A stretch of 58,067 bases of DNA from Girardia tigrina (Eukaryota), in NCBI GenBank assembly GCA_001938485.1, contig MQRK01208160.1, forward strand, positions 1 through 58,067, in the 5' to 3' direction. Positions within the stretch are counted from its first letter, which is position 1. The number at the start of each line of letters is the position of its first letter. This document shows positions 51,008-58,067 of the stretch, piece by piece. A program made the position numbers and the translations under genes. A model generated the notes under the pieces. It saw only the letters and a program-made list of their open reading frames with translations, was not told the DNA's origin and made no database searches.

Positions 51008-52070
51008 AAACTGATCGGTGTTACAACAGATGGCGAAGGAGCTAATACAGGGTTAACAAGGGGGCTTTAGAAGCTTAAAAAGAACTGGTTGCATCGTGAT
51101 CTATTGACGTTCTGGTGTTTTGTTCACTGAAGTGACCTCGTTTTTAAAAGCATTGAAGAAGGCGTTTCGGCGCAGCGTATCTGAATTAAAAATGCCAAGT
51201 CTCAAACTACCTTCTTCAGGATATCTAAAAAGACAACGTAACTCCTGCATCAATTTCAACCAACGGCGAATTATTTCTCAGGTCATTACGAAGTTTGATT
51301 TGCGGAGCACATAATCAACCTTTTAAAGGTCATTCTTCATAATCTTTATGGCTGCAAGGATGTTTTTAAGTTTTTAGAAGGGAAAGTTAAATTGAAAAAA
51401 ATAGAGAGCAAGAACACGGATATATTTGAAGACATGGTAATTTGAATCGCATCAAATTTGGCTAAACTGTCTCAGAGTTGATATTTTGAAAATATTTCGT
51501 TATTTGCAAAAACAGCTACAGCTTGATGACCTGATTCTATCAGAGAAAATAATCAGTAGAGATTCGGTACTTCGTAAATTAGAACTTTTATCCAGGGCCT
51601 CCTATCCTCGTGGAAAGGAAGAGAAACTACATCCCTAGGAAAGAGAGAGTCATTTTAAGAGCTGTTAATAACACGAATATGTTAACTGCCAGAAGTCAGG
51701 ATGTGGTGCGCCTCGAAATTGTTTAATTAAGACAGAATTATCTTAGAGAGCGGTTTGAGGTGAAACAAGAAGTAGTTCAAGACATGTTAACTCTTTTGCA
51801 AGCAGCAGAACTCGAAACATTTATTAATGCAGGGGTCAAAATAACATTACATTTGTTTTCAGCAGAAATCAAGCGCATTGCAGATGACTGTGCTAACCAA
51901 TGGTCAATAAATGCTTTACCGTAACTGAAGTTGAAAAACTTCCTATGGCGCTACAGGGGTGTACTTTTGAAAGTAATATCGTCTTCGGTAACACTCACTC
52001 CTCACAGCAAAACTCCTGAGAGGCTTGATTCTTTATAAAACTTGAACGTTTCAGCCCATCGCACGAGAAC
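51008..52070 (+). mobile_element. hAT transposase relic (ZNF862-like)
   Basis: KLIGVTTDGEGANTG...LLTFWCFVH*SDL: catalytic D plus CxxH motif; many stops. Confidence 0.65.
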
Positions 52071-52865
52071 CTCAGCTAAGACAGCCATCTCTAGAATGAT
52101 GATTGCAATGAATTGAAAGGGGACCTGCAAGTTTGATCCTCACAGTGTTAATCCTCACTTTGTTGCTAATTCTTTTTTTAAAAGTAACATGTGTTTTAAA
52201 AGTAACAAGTTTTATATAATATAACTCGTGTTCGTAAAATGTTATGGGTCGGGTGACTTGTGTATTTTCTTCTTTTATATCTGAGAGCACTTGATAAAAA
52301 ATGTTTGGAATAGGAAAATTCATTATAAAAAACAAGGAAAAATAACTATTTTCATTCGAGAATAAACTTACCGAATTTCGATACATGATCATTCCAGATT
52401 GCTTGTGCCTCTCCAGTGAAAATTTCTTAAAGAAGGCCCTGAACCACCGTAACATATATTCACCTTTCATATTATTTTTATTTATACAATTGTCATTGAT
52501 TGACGTTTCCTTGAAAGAACTATTCAATGGTAAATTGAGTCCAATTAATTCGGAAGAATTGAGTGATGCGAATTGATTTTGTTTCCTCTTAAGATCAGTT
52601 TATGATACAGTAGAGAAATCATTTTTACTTGGATTTTTTTTAATTATTTAAATTAAAATTTATCTCGAAACAGTTCCTAAGTCTACAATTCATAAAACAA
52701 TAAAAAAACATAAAGCTAAAACCGTATAGTGTCCATTGTGAGCAGATAATCAAAGATCTCAACTTGGAGTCCCCTGCCACTTTCGATAACCCTACTCTAC
52801 AAAAAAACTTATAATTGGTATTTGAACTACCGAATAGAGATGAAAATTTTATTTTACCTCTTTTA

Positions 52866-53300
52866 TGGACAGACAAACCTCAATTTTACCTCGAGGACAA
52901 TGTGTTTACTCGTAATTGTCTGATACAAATCTTCGCAAAGATGGCAACAACATTATTTAAGCCTCAATGAGTGACTGCTTGGACAGGTCTCAATTCAAAA
53001 TCTTTGATTACTCTATATTTCTTCCATGACACTGTTAACGATAATCGATACCTAAAATCATAAAGGATCATGTTATTCATAATTAAAAAATTTTTTTGTC
53101 TAGAACAATTTTTTAACTAGACGGTGTTTGTGCATCATGTGAAAAATGACCTCAAGGAATTTCTTTTGTCGAAATTCGCTGAAAATTTTTTTAATATTTT
53201 AATAATTAATAATTTTAATAATCCATGGCCTCCACGTACTAAAGATCTGTTGCCAGTAGATTTTTGCTTTGGGCCACATTGAAGTACATGGTATAATGTA
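52866..53300 (+). mobile_element. DD37D/DUF4817-like transposase catalytic-domain relic
   Basis: WTDKPQFYL..NC, VTAWTGL..YFFHDTVNDNRYL, WPPRTKDLLPVDF. Confidence 0.65.
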
Positions 53301-54832
53301 AGTAAAGAGAGGAGTCTCTGAACATTTAATAGTTTAATATTATCTCATGTTACCTGAGCATAAATTATATTTTCTTCGCCTGCCTTTCTTATTTTCATAA
53401 CAAGATGTTAACAATTTTTAATGAATAGCTGTATTTTTTTCAAAATTGAAAACTTAACAATAGACATCTTCTTAATAGACTCTTCTCAATAGAATCTTAG
53501 ACCCCTGTACTTAATTATTTTTAAATTTTCTCCTCCATTCTTCTACTTTCTTTGATGAAATATCTTCAAGAACATATTTTCGATTAAAAAATTTTTGAAT
53601 GAATTTATGTAGCTCGTCATATTTTAATTGATTTTTTGTTCTAGATTCGACATTTCTAAATACTTATTCTCATGAAATAACTATTGTTGCTTCATGGCCT
53701 TTTGGTACCAATTATATTGAACTGTTTTACCAAATTTTCTTCATCTAATGAATCTTTTAAAAATAATTTCAACTGAACTAATCTTTTTGTCTCTTATAAT
53801 GTGTCATTTAATTAGAACTCGATTTCTGGTAAGATCTCTGCAGAGTCGGAACTTTTTATTTCATGGAATGTTGCAATGTATCAATTATGTCATTACGAAA
53901 TTGTTTGTTTGTTCTTTTGTATTATGATAACATGAGCTGGGGAATCGAATTTCGAAAATCGGTTTCCTACAAATTCTTCCATCTTTGTGACTCAAAACTC
54001 AATGTGACCGCAATGTTATGATTCATAACATTATTTCCAGTTGTGATGTTATCTGAATTTACGTTGTCTGTGCAATTCAATATAAAGAATACATTTTTTA
54101 AATGTCAATTTTCACCCAAATAAACTTCTTTTCGACAAAATTTCTTATTGATAAACGTAAAATAAGTGAAAAAATTGTTGAGGATGATTGAGAGAGTGAA
54201 CGGTTATTTCACATGAGGGGTAAAAGATGCAACTGAACCAGTTGGAATCGCCGTTTGTGATACCGGTAGCAATAACTTTGATCTAACAACGTCTATTTAA
54301 AGTCGCTTTTAATGATGTTCTCTTTCAAACTTGGGATAATGAATGAGAAATTTTAAAAAGAAAATCGGTTTTCAAATTCTGTGCAATCGATTTAACAATC
54401 GTTGGGAGAGAGTAAGGTTTGAGGACTTATTACTAAGATCCATGTATCTAAAAATTAATAGTCAAGCTTCAGATTTAACCTCTGTTAAACATTTGCAAAA
54501 AGAACCTAAATCACATAACTAATTAAACAATCAACATTTTTTTGAATAAAGTTATTTTTAATAAATATTGAGCTTTTTTCTTTTATAATATTTTTTTCGT
54601 TATAATTTTATAATGGCTTCCAGCGATATTTTTATACATTTATATATCAAAATATTCAAATGAGGAAAAATAATATTGAAAAATTTCTGAATTTAGAAAT
54701 AATAACAGTAGTAACAATAGAAAAAAGTATAACAATAATAAATATTTAGAATCCATTATCAATAGACTTTTCTTTTAAACTCTTCAGGTTAAGCGACTTA
54801 AGAACTTATTATTTTTTGAAAGTTTTTTTCAT

Positions 54833-54861
54833 GGGCGGCTCGCCGCCTATAAACTTTCTAG
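54833..54861 (+). mobile_element. Helitron-type 3' terminus
   Basis: Hairpin GGCGGC-TC-GCCGCC followed 10 nt later by CTAG|T. The 5' end was not located. Confidence 0.5.
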
Positions 54862-56319
54862 TAGGTTTTAAAATAATATTTTTTTTATTAAATTTATAAA
54901 GTTTTCTAATATATTGTCCTAAACTGTTATCATTTACAAAAGATAAATAAAACTTCTCTTTATTTTCTTCATGAAGATATTTACTTATCTGTCTTTATTT
55001 AAAAATCAAATAATAAGCAAATAAAATATAAAAAATATTATAATTAAATATCATTTTGTGTTATCTTCAGTAAGTTATAAAAGAAAGAATTATGAAAAAG
55101 TAGATTTTTTATTATAAAAATTTTAAGCCTTAACTTTTGAAAGAATTTAATTGAAAGATTTTAGTGTTATAATAATATAGAAAGTTACTGAAATTCTTAT
55201 ATTCTTTAGATATGATATATAAATAAAAAGGAAAGCAGTCAAAGAAATGAAAATAATAACTAAGAAGTACATAAAAATGATAATGTTTGGGATTCAAATT
55301 TTATTATTATTATATATGTTATTCTTATCGATATTTATATTGATTTACGTTCTTTCTTTCATCTTTCTTGTCTCGAAAAAAATAAATTTTACTTGAAAGA
55401 CAATTTCGTTAATTTCTATCATTTCTTGATAGATAGACTGGTGTAGAAAATATTAAATGATATATGATAGAAAATTACCAAACTACGGATTTTTTTAATA
55501 TGTGAATTTATTTTTTGACCTTGAAATCAAAAATAAATGATTGTTTTTGGAAAAATTTGCTGAATAATAAAATTTTGTGTTGTTTGGAGTTAATGTCCAT
55601 TGCTTTATCGAATGATGAGAGAATATATTGTGAAATGACTCTTGGTTAAAAAATTCAAACACAACTCCGCTTCTAATGCACAAATCTTTTAAAATATCAA
55701 TATTTTATAAATCATTTGCGCTGAGCGAATTGAATACTTTCATTTGCTGAATCGTTTACAAAAATTCGATATACCTTTGTGGCGGTAGCAATTTATCAAA
55801 TTTTTCCTGTCGCAATAATTTATGCAACAATCCCTCAAACGCTCGATCGATCAATGCAGTTATCGCAATGGTTATGGCAATCTTTTACTCTGTAAATGCG
55901 GATAAAATCAATCCCGATAATCAATTTTATTGCTTTACAGGAGTCGAAGACTTGTTCATCTTTATCTGCAAGGACAGTGGCTCTTTTCTAAAATTTAAAG
56001 TGTGCAAATCTGATTTAGTTCTACTTTAAGGATGTATGAAAGCATTTACAGTGAAGTAGTATGTATGAGCTTTGGTGAAAAATAGGCCCAGCAAAATGAT
56101 ACCGAGATTATATCGCCATAAATTCTCTACCACCATCCGGTTCTCGGGGCGACTCGGGGATGGTGCGGAACAGATACTCAAAAGTGTTCAAAAGGACAAT
56201 TTTTAAAATTTTCTATAATTAAATGAAAGTCAAAAATAAAATAAAAATAAAAACCCCAAACCGAAATTTGGATTTTATTATTTACATCAGTAAGGCAAAA
56301 ACAGTCAAAGATTTTTTTA

Positions 56320-56556
56320 CTGTTCATATCAACAATGCATATTATTGATCATATAGTAGTATGCATGTTGATGAAAAATTATGAGACTCGTTGCCAAAGT
56401 TTTGGAATTGTGAAACATCGAAAGTGTTTTAAGAAAAACAACATGATTTTGAGGCATGGTTTCAATGTTTCAAGATTCCAAAACCTTGACAACGAGTCTC
56501 ATAATTTTTCATCGACATGCAAACTACTATATGATATACATTGTTGATATGGACAG
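56320..56556. mobile_element. fold-back MITE (long imperfect palindrome) flanked by TA
   Basis: TA|CTGTTCATATCAACAATG...CATTGTTGATATGGACAG|TA; arms of about 100 bp around a spacer of about 35 nt. Confidence 0.8.
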
Positions 56557-58067
56557 TAAAATAATGATGTCCATTTATGTAGGATTTATATTTTATTATT
56601 ATATATAATTATATTAATTTCAATTTATATTTATATTTTAAATTAATATGTTTTTGTATTTTTAATTATTCTAAATGAGTTTAAATAGTGATTTTAAAAT
56701 TATTTAAATATTTCAATTTTAAAGAAAGAAAATTGCTAAGCACATTGACACAATTTTCATTCGAATTTTTATTATTATCACATTTAGAGTTATTAAAACT
56801 CTCGAAAGATCTTTCACCATTTCGTATCATTCTAATTGGTTTTTTCATCTCTATTTTTAATAATGTTTATTCGAAAAATTTTTCTAAATCTTGTTAAAAT
56901 ATTTAATTTCAAAAAATATTAATTAAAAATAATTAAATTAATTAATTGAACTTAATTTATTGTTACTTTTAAAAATATAAACTTATCAAATTATTATTTT
57001 AATTATGTTCGAATAGTCAGTCTCTGTAAATATAAAAAAATACCAATTTCCCAGTGGGTGGTAAAATCACCATTTTAAGTTCAATATACGCAAATCAACA
57101 TACGTCAATTTACCATGCACATCCTCTTGAACGTAGCTTATAAAACATTTAAAGATTCACCCATCAAAAGGAAGTTGTAATAGTGATTGTAAAATAAGCA
57201 CTTCAACCTCCTCTTTTATGAGCGATAAACTTGTTATTTTAACTATTATAAAAATAAACCCAGATTAACACTAAAAACAGGTCATAACTGATTAGAATTG
57301 TTGTGAATGATTCAGTGATATACAACAATGGAATGATGCAAAAAAAAACAGTGACATACAAAATATTCAATTTTTATAACGACTTCTTATTGACTATAGG
57401 TAACGAGTTGAACAATAATAATTTTACTGGGATAACGTAATCGAAAATAACAAAGTTAAACTCGAAAATACTTTCGACTGTACAGATACAGATTATTAAT
57501 CGACCTTTACGGCTAATGTACATATCTAATTGTCTATGGACCAAAATAAACGGTATTAGATGTATAAAACAATTATAATCGGATTAATGTTAATGATTTG
57601 ATCACTATGATAATTGTAGGAAGCCCCAATAACGAAATATAACGGGAGAATCGTCGTTGAGAAATAACAAATTATAATTTGCCGTACTCGAAATTAGAAT
57701 TTATAATTGTAATTGTGGATCAATATTAATCATTGATTCATTATTTCAGTTTTTAAATTTTTTATATTGCCGTAAGTGATATAATTATCATGACGAAAAG
57801 AAAATAAATAAAACACAATATTTTTTTCTCTTCCTTCCTTACTTCTTTGATATAATAAATCTTTTCATTGACTCCTTCATCTTCTTGTACAATAAAATAA
57901 AGACTAAAAAAATAATAAAAATTACAATGATAAAAAATATAAATTTCGTTTTATACATGACACATACACTAGCGCTAGAGTTAATACATTAATAAAGAGA
58001 ATAGGAATAAAAATTATACACACTGTAAAAATGAATCATCTTTCATTCGTTCGGTGTTGATTGTGTT

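Noticed and set aside
52072-52527. 151-aa minus-strand ORF
   Set aside because: No recognisable motif; low-complexity AT-rich composition between transposon relics.

Overview
Very AT-rich eukaryotic scaffold with several N-gaps. The embedded 18S fragment and the base composition suggest a metazoan, plausibly a triclad flatworm; this is an inference, not a database result. The only convincing host gene is one large minus-strand exon encoding the Venus-flytrap domain of a metabotropic glutamate receptor (23223-24717). I could not find its downstream exons in the window. Most other recognisable sequence is layered transposon debris: mariners (one Mos1-like copy with perfect TIRs, one near-intact mellifera-like ORF), Tc1 IR/DR, DD37D-like and DD37E-like relics, MULE, hAT, nested piggyBac-type MITEs, non-autonomous Helitrons, an internally deleted gypsy element with both LTRs, a family of TG...TA solo LTRs, and LINE relics. 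The most notable structure is a set of small Penelope-like (GIY-YIG) insertions with inverted pseudo-LTRs carrying minimal hammerhead-ribozyme motifs. Two retroelement relics also contain antisense pieces of cellular RNAs (18S rRNA, ELOVL mRNA) and are associated with long direct repeats. An ELOVL pseudogene and a divergent chimeric beta-tubulin ORF are also present. I see no evidence for a new multi-gene system beyond these.
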